A DNA stretch of 47,909 bases, the filler included, from Catajapyx aquilonaris (lineage: Eukaryota): assembly GCA_000934665.2 (NCBI GenBank). It is 2 parts of 2 records of this genome, joined end to end, with 100 filler letters (N's around TTAATTAATTAA, not from the genome) between each part and the next. Parts side by side here need not be neighbours in the genome. Positions count along the whole stretch, not along the records: positions 24,001 to 47,909 come from JYFJ02005606.1; 1 more part is not named here. The stretch is one strand, 5' to 3'. Of the stretch, positions 37,287 through 47,909 are shown piece by piece. The stretch's first letter is position 1. The number at the start of each line of letters is the position of its first letter. The position numbers and the translations under genes are program-made. The notes under the pieces are model-generated. The model saw only the letters and a list, made by a program, of their open reading frames with translations. It was not told the DNA's origin and did not search any database.

Positions 37287-38221
37287 ATGTTTAGAAGGAT
37301 GTCGATCAAAGTGATACCAGTGAAAGAGGCCAACCAACTGGAATAATTCAGGAAGGAAAAATGAATTTTGGGAAGTGTTGAGACCAGTGGCCATCTTGTC
37401 CGTGGTCGGAGGAACAGCTCCTTTTCCGTGGCCCAATAAAGATGAAGATTTGAGAGGAAAGGGGTACAGACGTTGGCCAACAATGGTGTACTTTCTTTTG
37501 CTCGCCACTTACATCGCCGTATTCATTTGTTATCCACCGAAGGACCTGATCAGTGCCAACCAGGAGAAAGGCCAGACTAACACATTGACTGGTCTCATTA
37601 TGCAAGTCCTTCTTAGTATTGCCTCGTGGCTGAACTTCATCTGGGTTCAAAAAAAAAATTCGCTAATATTCGTAAATTCATTGACCGATTGGCAAATCAA
37701 AATGTGAGCAATCACAAGTGGTCACTTCGAAAATGTTCATTGTTACTGGCAGTATATTCCGCTTTACTTCCACTATTGGAACTGTCAAGATTAATAATAG
37801 CTCTAGCACTTTCAGGGGCGTTGCTTCAGCCATATTATACTATCTTGTTCTTTGTGTTCTATGAGTGGCACTGTTTATTCTTGTTCCACATTATTCCCAT
37901 TCAGTTGGTATTTCTGATCATTGTTATCAAGTCGCGGCTCCAGGACTTTAACAGTGAAATCACGAGAATATTGCACATTTATTCTAGAATCTACTCCGGA
38001 ACAACAAAATAGCGACGAATTAAAGAGGAGCACTAGCGATTCAGCTGATCTATATTACGATTAATTAAGCGCATTAGTCAACACGATTAACAACACTTAC
38101 GGCATGCACATTAATCACTGATATTTGATCCTCTTCAGATCGCAGATCTGTGGCCACATATCTCATTGTTCTGGCTCAGTTCAAAGGGGCTGAGGAGGTG
38201 GAGGATTCTTCCGCTTCATGA
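37287..38221 (+). pseudogene. GR pseudogene (psi-E): disrupted exon 1 fused to a frameshifted exon 4
   Basis: MFRRMSIKVIPVKEANQLE* (TAA 37344-37346), then FWEVLRPVAILSVVGG in another frame. Frameshift at the A10 run 37649-37658 and stop at 38010-38012. At about 38110 the sequence jumps into intron 3 and exon 4 (38139-38221, ...ATYLIVLAQFKG with a 1-nt deletion). Confidence 0.9.
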
Positions 38222-40343
38222 CCACCAAGCATTACAAGAGCACCTGTAAGGTTGCACTAACAGAACTTATGCTTCTTATTATTAAAAGCGGTTAAAATTC
38301 GTTTCGTTGTTTTTCTATAAAGCATTGTTTTATCCCTGCACAGTGTTGATCAATCTATACGTACCTATACAGTCTTCCAACCAAGAATGTCTTTTCATGC
38401 TGGGAAAATAATGGCCCAGAAATATATTAATTATAATGATTTCAACAAAGGGTGTCGTTTGATACATTACCTCTAGGACACAATAACCATCATGAATGTA
38501 GCCTACATAACAGCCATAGATTATAACTGGCGTGTCTTCCAGAAATGAAAATAATGGTCACCGCCTCCTCTTTGTCTGAACACATTTCCAAATGGACATT
38601 TAGCTGGAATAAGGGACTAAAGAATATTATGATTAATATAGGCGTTTATTGATACACATTAACATCATTCAGCTCTGAGCTTTTTCTTATACGAATGCCT
38701 GCTTATACATAACACTGTTTAGTGTTGCGTAATATATTAGTCAATACCTTATTGTGAAACTTTCCTTCTAGGATGGATTTTTCGGTGCGCCATGATTAAT
38801 TATATATATTTTTCCTTATAATTACAGATGGAGTAAAATTTAGTTTTTAAATATATGTTGTCTGAGTATGCACAATGTGACCTCTAAAGATGTGAATTTA
38901 CAATTTTTCACAATCGAAATGGCCACAGTATGCACTAGAAATTTTCCAGAATTATTACCTAAATTTTGCTAACAATGGTATTTGATGCCAAATTATTTAT
39001 GATTTGCATTTGGGTCAGTGTCTTAAGGGTGTTGCTAGTGTTAAGCCGAGACGTTCTTGTGTCAATAGGACCATGGACGTGGCTGAGGCTAGGGTTGTTT
39101 GTTTGGATAGGTGTAAATGGCGTAGGTTAATTAATGGGTAAATAGGTAAATATGTCTGAGGATAAGGTGATGTCTGAGGTGGGCAGGGGTGGGGGGTGGG
39201 ACAGGTTGTTTTTAGGTTTATTCTCATGAGTTTTATTAGTTCACATGTTGGGTTAGCTTGCGTCTCCCTTCATCGCTGACTACCCCTCATAGGGAAATGT
39301 CGTGATGTTGTTGTTGTTGTTGTTGTTGTTGTATATTGCTTCACATTAAATAAAAATGAATATTATTGGACAACGTGACAACAATAGGGATTTCAGCAGT
39401 CAAGAATCTACTACCATGGAAGAATTTTAAGAAGGATATGGCTCATCACCTCACCCTCTCGTCATAAGCAACAATATTGAATGTGTACTTGCCACTCTGT
39501 ACACACATTTTTGTGCGGTGGTCTCTTTCGCAGTATACGTAGCAGCAGTTTTGCACACAAAAAAGGTAAATGTTTTGTCAAATGCGCATATCCAGTGAGT
39601 GAAACTATGCGTCACATGAACAAACATGGATTAACAGGTTCTCAGTGATTATAGAGAGAATAATTATGCGGATCTACGTAAAGGTGTATCTTTCAGAAGT
39701 ACGGAAAATGATGCAGGCATGTACTGCCCCATCGTCATCAGGTAGTGCCTCATGTGTATTGTCTCAATAACGACAAACGTAATTAGACACGATTGTAAGC
39801 GTTCGTATGTACGCCAGGGTGTTCGCTAGAAGTGACACTGCAGGCCAATGTAAATGTTAATGCTCCGCTGTGCACGTGATAAAGTCTGTATTTGGGGGAA
39901 ACAATTAAATGAAATAATTGATGATTCATTAGTATTGTTAGGCTCAGGCAGCTTTGAAATGACTGCGCTTTTCCCAACAATTGTTTCCCATAATGCCATG
40001 TATTCTCCCTGCAGTGTTGATCAATCTACAGTCTTCCAACCAAGACTGTCTTTTCATTCTGGCCAACGAATGGGATAGAAATAATGATGGCTTCCACGAA
40101 GGGTGTCGTTTGATATATTACTTCATGTCACATGAGCCCTTATGAATATACTGTACATAACAGCCGACAATAAAATATTATGGGCGTGTCTTCCAAGAAG
40201 GACGATAAAGGTTACCACGTCCTTCCTCAACCTCATCTGTTTTCTCTGCAGACTTCGAGCACTAGGGACCTTCCATAATGCTTATCTAAATTTTCTTAGC
40301 AATGATAGATGATGGCTAATAATTTTTGATTCACACATTGCTT
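38110..40343. repeat. second segmental duplication, copy 1 (GR exon 4 plus downstream DNA)
   Basis: Colinear with 43205-44690, with about 820 extra nt (38723-39543). Confidence 0.88.
39015..39331 (+). mobile_element. probable LINE/SINE 3' end with (GTT)n tail
   Basis: GT-rich tract ending ...gggaaatgtcgtgat(gtt)n, inside the segment absent from the duplicated copy. Confidence 0.5.
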
Positions 40344-40529
40344 GAAATCGAATAAAAATTGATCCTATTGAACACTGTGGCAACAACTAAAATTGAGAAT
40401 TATGCTGGAGTTAATAAGCTGCTGCCATTGAGGAAAATAATGTAATGTGGCTATCTAACTAACTAAAAAGTAAGTGCCATCCAAATCCCAAGGGGGTTTA
40501 GTGGTAGCTTCAATAGATGACAGCTTTTG

Positions 40530-41905
40530 CTATTCTGCTCCTGCGAACTGTGACAGAACTATGACGTATGTCGTCACTGCTCCAGCTACCTGTGAAAGTG
40601 ACACGAGGAAGAATGTTCTGATCTGTACCTTCATGTCAAATCTTCCCAATAGACTTACGGCTGTCAATAGGCCCCGGTTGACAGAAAAGTAATTGGCTGC
40701 GGATATCTCGATGGGAGGACCGATCAGCTTCTGAACCAGAACTTCCATCTGAAACATACGGTTGTACACTTCATAAAATGGAGATTGAATGAGGGAAGAG
40801 TGGAGGTGCATCACTCACATGTGATTTGATCCTTGGATTGGTGGCCAGAGAACAAGAGTGGATGAGGTCAGGCAATGACCTTGTGCTCTGAAAACATATA
40901 AAGATTCATTATTATCACACCAAATGGACACTCAATGTATGATGCTACCTGCTGAGGGATGCGTCCCAAGATGATGGTGAAGGTGATGACCGATGACACG
41001 ATTACCAAAATCACCAGTATTAATACGAATGTGCCACCTACACTTACGTAGGCTTGTTGAGGCAAGTAAAACAAACTTGCAATAATCAACATGACATATA
41101 TAAAATAGGTGGCCATGATGGATGCTCCGTAAGTGCTGCTCATGTCATTCACTATCAGGCAAAGGTCGTACAACAGGTCACCCGCAGACTTTAATTTATC
41201 AATCATAAACCTGCAATCACTGGGACCTGTGCTTTTAGCGTTGCAGACATGTATTATTTCATCATTCAAATCATCTATCTTCAATCGTATGATCATAGCC
41301 AAAAATGTAACTTGCACAGGGATCAAGTGTAGCAGAAAGAGAGAGTGCCACATAATAATTACATCAAACATGAAATATTGAAACAGGTGTCGACTCTGAA
41401 GATTGTCAAAGATCATATTTGAGAGTTCAGCTAACGGCAGCAAGACGCAAGCACACACCAAAAGTGCGGAACATTTCCGCAGTTTCTTTTGGTGGTGACG
41501 CATGTTCAGCGAAGAAAAACGGTGTACTAGTTTAGAAATTTGAGTCACTCTGGTTTGGCAGAAAATGTAGTGTAGCCATGGACCACCCCCGGTTACTCCA
41601 GTGAGAATTAATGCTGTGACCCAACTTGTTGTGCTCGTGTGACTGCTCCTGTACAAATACGGTAATGGCATCCAAGTCACTTTTGCGGCATATGCAGCCA
41701 ATAGAATGAAGTGCACCATTGAAGGCCATCGCTGGTACCACTTCCAATTTGCATCTTTCCTGGGCCAAGGACAAGGAGAGATTCCTCCAAAGGTGGCCAA
41801 GTTGGACAGTGGTCTGAACACGCTCCAAAAAGTAATTTTTACATCTGTTTTTTCTGCATCATTTGCTTCTTCCACTTGAATCACAGTAAAATGACTGGCA
41901 AACAT
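40530..41905 (-). CDS. gustatory receptor family gene GR-F (most divergent paralog), 391 aa; exons 41905-40949, 40887-40819, 40748-40659, 40589-40530
   Basis: Exon 1 ends GRIPQQ|gtagca. Exon 2 STRSLPDLIHSCSLATNPRIKSH; exon 3 MEVLVQKLIGPPIEISAANYFSVNRGLLTA; exon 4 VAGAVTTYVIVLSQFAGAE*. Confidence 0.92.
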
Positions 41906-42947
41906 CGCTTCAGTAGTTGTGTCTTCTGAGAAAGAAAAAGTTTCATTAGACAGTAATTACTTCTGTGTGTACTGAAATTAATACGTTATGAATTGAGACA
42001 TCAATTCTTAATAAACCCATATTCTATAGTTTGATATTTAAAATTCGCAGAAATGAATCACTTTCTGTAAATGGTTGAAATATTGGCAATCACACTCACC
42101 AAATATGAAAATTTGCGTCCACTTCCTTCAAGCCAGTGTCTCTTTCTAGTCAGGCATCTCCGAATAAACTCCCTACAGTGTTGATCGAACTATAGTCAAC
42201 AAACATGTTGGCGCGGGGCCTTTATGGTCGGGTCGCCGTAGCTCCTGACACAGTCAACAAAGATGGTCTTTTCTTTGTGGAGAATGAATGGCTCCTACAT
42301 AGCTAATGACGGTTGCCCTTTCACACACTTACGGTAATTCGGCGTAAAAACCTTGTCATGGGCTCAAATCTCACGTGGATTGATGATGCATTACCTCTTG
42401 TGTCCTGTCACATAAACCATGAATGCAGGTTGATGTACATAAAAGCCATAAAGAAATATTACAGGCATCTCTGCCAGGTACCTCACAGGAAGATACATGG
42501 TATTGACTTATTACGCAAAAGAATCGCATGGCTTTACTATTGTAATAGGTTAATCATCATAGGAAAATGACAGTGGCATGATGAGAATTTATTACACTAC
42601 ACTCTAGATCAATATACTGTTATAAATACACGAACACACTCATGAAGCAGCTAACTTTGTCCAAAAAGAGTCAATTCATTTGAGTCGGACAAAGAAAGGT
42701 CAGACCGTCTCCAACTTTATGCTCGCGGGTGTACAGTGTAATATTTTAATGAAAACAAATTCCATTGCTTATTATTTTGTGATGATCTTGATGTCAGCAA
42801 ATTGTGCCGTGACAGGGTGTGAATCCAAGGAGAGACTCTAATTATAATAAATGTAGTAATCCTTCAAAAATCCAAATCATATAGCCTCCATTCTTGCAAT
42901 ATATCCCAGATGAAATGTAATGTCGCTTAATATTTGGTCATTTCCTG

Positions 42948-43318
42948 AGCATCACTTCCCTGGACGACTTCATGAACGCAAATCGTCGGGTGGTCAATCC
43001 GATAATCATGGCAGACGTAAGTTTTTAATTGTTCTAGGTGTACAGTGCAGAGCACCCTTTTTTTTTAGCAATAATTAAAAATTATTCTGGTTTGTGCTTC
43101 ATATTCCAGTTCGATTCGCTGATCCAGAAGATTACTGGTTCTCCCATGGTAATAACTGCGGCCAATTACTTCACGGTTAATCGAAGCCTCTTGACGTCGG
43201 TAAGATTAATGCACTGACATTTGATCCTCTTCAGATCGCCGGATCTGTGGCCACATACCTCATTGTTGTGGCTCAGTTCAAAGGGGCTGAGGAGGTGGAT
43301 GATTCTTCCGCTGCATGA
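42948..43318 (+). pseudogene. GR pseudogene (psi-G): exons 2-4 only (42948-43016, 43110-43199, 43235-43318)
   Basis: SITSLDDFMNANRRVVNPIIMAD / FDSLIQKITGSPMVITAANYFTVNRSLLTS / IAGSVATYLIVVAQFKGAEEVDDSSAA*. Exon-2 acceptor is ctg instead of cag, intron 3 is only 35 nt, and no exon-1 ORF lies upstream. Confidence 0.85.
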
Positions 43319-44690
43319 CCACCAAGCATTACAAGAGCACAGTAAGGTTGCACTAACAGAACTTATGCTGCTTAATTATTTAAAACTGTTAAAATGTGTT
43401 CCGTTGTTTTTCTATAAAGCATTGTTTTATCCCTGCACAGAGTTGATCAATCTACAGCTACGTACCTATACAGTCTTCCAACCAAGAATGTCTTTTCATT
43501 CTGGGGAAATAATGGCCCAGAAATATATTAATTATAGTGATTTCAACAAAGGGTGTCGTTTGATATATTACCTCTAGGTCACAATAACCCTTGCAATAAC
43601 CATCATGAATGTAGCCTACATAACAGCCATAGATTATAACAGGCGTGTCTTCCAGAAATGAAAAGAATGGTCACCGCCTCCTCTTTGTCTGAACACTTTT
43701 CCAGATGGACATTTCGTTGGAATGAGGGACTAAAGATGTACCGTATGCTTAATATGCGACGTTTATTGATACACATTCAGCTCTGAGCCTTTTTCTTATA
43801 ATGAATGCCTGCTTATACACAACACTGTTTAGCAGTTTTGCACACCTAAATAGATAAATGTTTTGTCAAATGCGCACATTCATGAACAAACATGGATTAA
43901 TAATAGGTTCTATGTGATTATAGACAGAATATGCGGATCTACGTAAAGGTCTTCTTCAGAAGTACAGGAAATGACGCAGGCATGTACTGCCCCATCGACA
44001 TCAGGTAGTGCCTCACGTATATTGTCTCAATAACGACAGACGTAATTAGACACGATTGCAAGCGTGTATGTACGCCAGGGTGTTCGCTGGAAGTGACACT
44101 GAAGGGGAATGTAAAGGTTAAGGTTCCACTGTGCACGTGATAATGTCTGTATTTGGGGGAATGGAGTGAATATAACACAGAAGACATTCAGACATCGTTG
44201 TTCTTCTCCATACATTTCTCTATACTCTTGACTCTAAGGGTAACCTCACAAAAATTATGTATGCAATAATAATAGATGATTCATTAGTACTGTTAGGCTG
44301 AGGCAGCTTTGAAATGACTGGGCTTTTCTCCTCAATTGTTTCCCAAAATGCTTTGTTTTCTCCCTGCAGTGTTGATCAATCTCGTCTTCCAACCAAGATT
44401 GTCTTTTTCATTCTGGAGAATGAATGACCCAGAAATAATGATGGCTTCCACAAAGGGTCGTTTGGTATATTACTTCATGTCCCATTTGCCCTTATGTTAA
44501 CAGCCTATAATGAATAATATGGGCGTGTCTTCCAAGTACGAAGGGAAAGGCCACAGGGTCCTTCCTCAACCTCATCTGTTTTCCCTGCAGGCAATAGGAC
44601 TCAAACAATAGGAACCTTCCATAATGAGTATCTAAATTTTCATAGCAATGGTAGATGATGGCTAATAATATTGTGATTCACACATTGCTT
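43205..44690. repeat. second segmental duplication, copy 2
   Basis: Matches 38110-40343 up to gattcacacattgctt. Confidence 0.88.
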
Positions 44691-44691
44691 A

Positions 44692-44947
44692 TCCCCATAT
44701 ATATAAAGCTCAAAAGTTGTACATATCTATATATATTTATTTATTTATTTATCACGCCTAATTAAGCCACTTCCCGGGCACGGAGAGCGCTCAAATTTCT
44801 CAGAGCCATGTCTTACATATCACTGACCCCGAGAAAAGTCCCAAACCCGAACTTTTTGGAGCCTAAGGGGGGTTTTCAGCAGATGAAGCAATTGCCTAGC
44901 AACCCTGGCTGTCAACAAGCCCACAAGAAGGATCTGCCTCTCTCACT
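44692..44947 (+). mobile_element. probable Helitron 5' end (3' end not found)
   Basis: a|tccccatatatataaagctcaaaagttg followed by (attt)n, starting where similarity to 38110-40343 stops. Confidence 0.5.
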
Positions 44948-45237
44948 CAAAGAGTTCTGCTATATTATATATACACCTAGAGGAGGTACTCGGCCTGAAA
45001 TGTGAGGCAGGCAACAATGCAGGCAACAATATGACCTCCAACAAGATGGCGGACGCCTGACATTATTGAACTAATTGTCGCCCAGTTGTCATTATTGGTT
45101 GTTGTCCCAGTTGCTAGACAACTGTTAGAACAACAATGTTACCTCCAACAAGATGGCCGCTGCCTCAGCCTGTCTAATGGAAAAGGATAGGGAGTACCTC
45201 CTCTAGGTATTATATTATATAATAGCAGAACTCTTTG
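44948..45237. mobile_element. MITE with 8-nt TSD (P- or hAT-superfamily-like)
   Basis: TSD ctctcact at 44940-44947 and 45238-45245. TIR caaagagttctgcta...cctagaggaggtactc; internal repeat acctccaacaagatggc twice. Confidence 0.85.
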
Positions 45238-46194
45238 CTCTCACTTCACGTTCTACAATAATCAACATTGCACATTCAACAATGAAAACAATAATAGAAC
45301 AACGGGCAGGTTGGCAAGAATAATAATTATTGCAGTACGTAGCAAGGGGGTAATCACTTCGGTACTCCGGTGTACACCTGGGAGTGGTACTGGTACTCCT
45401 CAGGCACCTCACTCTTTATTACTCCGTGGTACTCCTTGAATTTGGTACACTTTTCAGTCGAGTGATTACCCCATTGACACGTAGGGTATTGTAACAATTA
45501 ACGGTTGGAGTACTTCGGGGAGTGCCGAGATCAACAATACCGAACAATACAGTACTGTACAGTGCATATCGATATAACCTTCCACAAGGCACCAGGAAAC
45601 ACAGAGGAAAGAATAGCGGGTATAGATACGTTCGTGTGTTTGGTCTCAGAAGTGTTGGAGTGATGCCTTCATGTTCAGATTGCGTTGTCATCTAATATTT
45701 AAAAAAAAAAAATCGGATACAAAATTTTCAAATGTAATTTTAAAACCGGGGTTAATGAGAAAAGGCGTAAAATGGAGATGTGTAAAACGGGTACTTCCCG
45801 CATGGGAAATCTTTCTTTGCCGTTTCACAATCAGCAGGCTATCATAATTTCCACGTTATCACAATTTTTCAATTTAAACATTTTATGATGTCATTTTCAA
45901 ACCGGCGCACAGTGGGCCGGGAAGAGCATTTAGGCGGACATGATTCGTAACGTTGATTTTCTTAGAAATTAACAACTGGATTGTGCAAATTGACCTAAGA
46001 GAAGGTTAGAATAAGCATATGGATGTACTTCATGTAGCCTAAATGCAATAAAACAGGTGCATTTTGCATTTAGTGGTCGGGCATTCCAACATGCTTACCA
46101 GAGAATAACACCATACTATATACAGTATATTCCTTGTATTGTGATGCAATAAACAGCGAACAATTCTTTATTGAAAGAAATACTGTAGGCTACT

Positions 46195-46515
46195 GTACTG
46201 TACAATCAAATCAAGTAAAATCCATCAATGTACAATCAAATCCAAATATCAAATCCATGAATGTACAAATAAACCAAAATATCAAATCCACCAATGTACA
46301 ATGAGCTCAGAGTATCAAATTAAATCTCTGTATGTGCGTAATTTTACATTCGACCCTCTAATTACATCCTAATTTAAATACAATAAAATCAAATCCATCA
46401 ATGCAAAATCAAAACAAAAAATCAAATCGATCCAACGTACAGTCAAATCAGAATATTAAATTAAATGCATCAATGTAACTACTGTACGATCAAATCAGAA
46501 TATTAAATCTAATCT
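46195..46515. repeat. degenerate minisatellite (about 30-nt units, tacaatcaaatc...aaatccatcaatg)
   Basis: Repeated aatgtacaa(t/a)caaatc motifs. Confidence 0.7.
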
Positions 46516-47909
46516 ACATATGTGCTTAATTACATATGTACATATACATACTGCCGCAGGATGTGAAATATTTCCAAGACCTTCATTGAAACGTGGACGC
46601 AACAGCGCCAATGACACTATCACTGTGCATCATCTATCTGCATTTCTATCTCTCTCCAGCCGACAACCTCGCCGACAACAGGTTTAAAAGGCAGGTTTGG
46701 CCGAATGCAAGTGTCAAACATGTGTGATACTCCCGACTACCAATTTTTCCAGGATTAGGAACACCTGGCGCGATATGAGCGATGACGCGTTACCTTACTA
46801 CGTGGTAGCCGGGTCACGAAATGCTTCCAGAAACCGGTGTTGACTTCTCCTCTGCACCAAAGATGCTCTGCACAGCAGAAGCCAATTTTTGCACGCTCTG
46901 GGTAAACGGAGCAATTTGAGAAACTTTTACCTCGACAGAGAGTATTGGCGCCAGGAGGTGGGGTGCCAGTATTTTGGAAATAGCTGCACTTGTTGGCTGT
47001 TCCCTTACCACAGTGTGTACCACGAGTGGTTGAACCACGAAAAACATGGACCATGCGGTTACACATGCATATATAGCGCGCAGTGATGTAGCAAGCAGTC
47101 AGAGTTGAGGTTAGTTCGAACGTCGCGCCAACACCCTCGTACCGGAAGTGAGTCCAGGAAACGCGGATTCGCAGGTATTCGCAGCTAGTTTCCCTTGCCT
47201 CGTGTTCTGCACAATACCAGTGATCGATTGCAACAAGACAGAATAGTGGGCGACATTAGGGGGATTTTGTAGCTCAAGATAAACATAACTCTTACTATCT
47301 TTTTTACGTGCCTTTTATGACGCGCAGCAGCGTCCACACATAAACGTTGGAGAGATGTGCACCTACGCAATGAGAACCCGATAACATGATGATTCCAATG
47401 CATAATAGCAAACAAGCCTCCACGGACTTATTTGACTCGAATTTTCGGGTGTTTACTAGAAGACAAAACTGCACTTTTTCTCGATAACACAGGGCAACAA
47501 AAAAAAACTTTCGGCGTGTTATTCGGAAACCACTATGCACATCATGTTAGTAGGACCCAAAGTAGCTGGGAAACGCCCGGGATTTCTCTCCCAAAATGTG
47601 CAGTGGGTCAGGGTGACCAAAAACCCGAAAAATTCAAAATATTGACGTTTTTTGGCCTATTTCCAGGTCTGGCAACCACTGTAAGTTTCGGATTTTGTTT
47701 TTTCTGGCATTAGGTGTTACCTTGGTCTAGTCTGAAGCCACTATGGTGTTTAAAGTCAATCTTTTATAGAAACTGTGGTTTTCCAGGGTCCTTTTTATGG
47801 AAAAAATTTCGTTTTTTGGTACTTTTTCGTCAATTTTTGGGGAACAGTGTATGGACTTTTTTTAAAAAAAAAGTGTAGCGTAATGGGCTCTTTAGAGACC
47901 CTACAATCA

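Noticed and set aside
46195..46515. Spaced repeats as a CRISPR-like array
   Set aside because: Degenerate AT-rich minisatellite without unique spacers, in eukaryotic DNA.

Overview
AT-rich, intron-containing arthropod DNA in two parts, joined by an artificial 100-nt spacer (44 N + TTAATTAATTAA + 44 N, 23901-24000). The left part holds the 3' portion of a doublesex-type (Dmrt) gene on the minus strand: a dimerisation-domain (OD2) exon at 19426-19566 and a terminal exon at 14410-14795. The DM-domain exon is not visible. There is a candidate alternative proximal terminal exon (18537-18706) and a long foldback element in the likely 3' UTR, among MITEs, SINE fragments and a mariner remnant. The right part is a birth-and-death cluster of gustatory-receptor-family (7tm_7) genes: four intact four-exon genes (415, 424, 401, 391 aa) and three pseudogenes. 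All share a long exon 1, 69- and 90-nt exons, and a last exon with the TYhhhhhQF motif, separated by three phase-0 introns. Two segmental duplications, a Helitron with a visible empty site and several TIR elements shape the cluster. All calls were made by eye; no database search was run.
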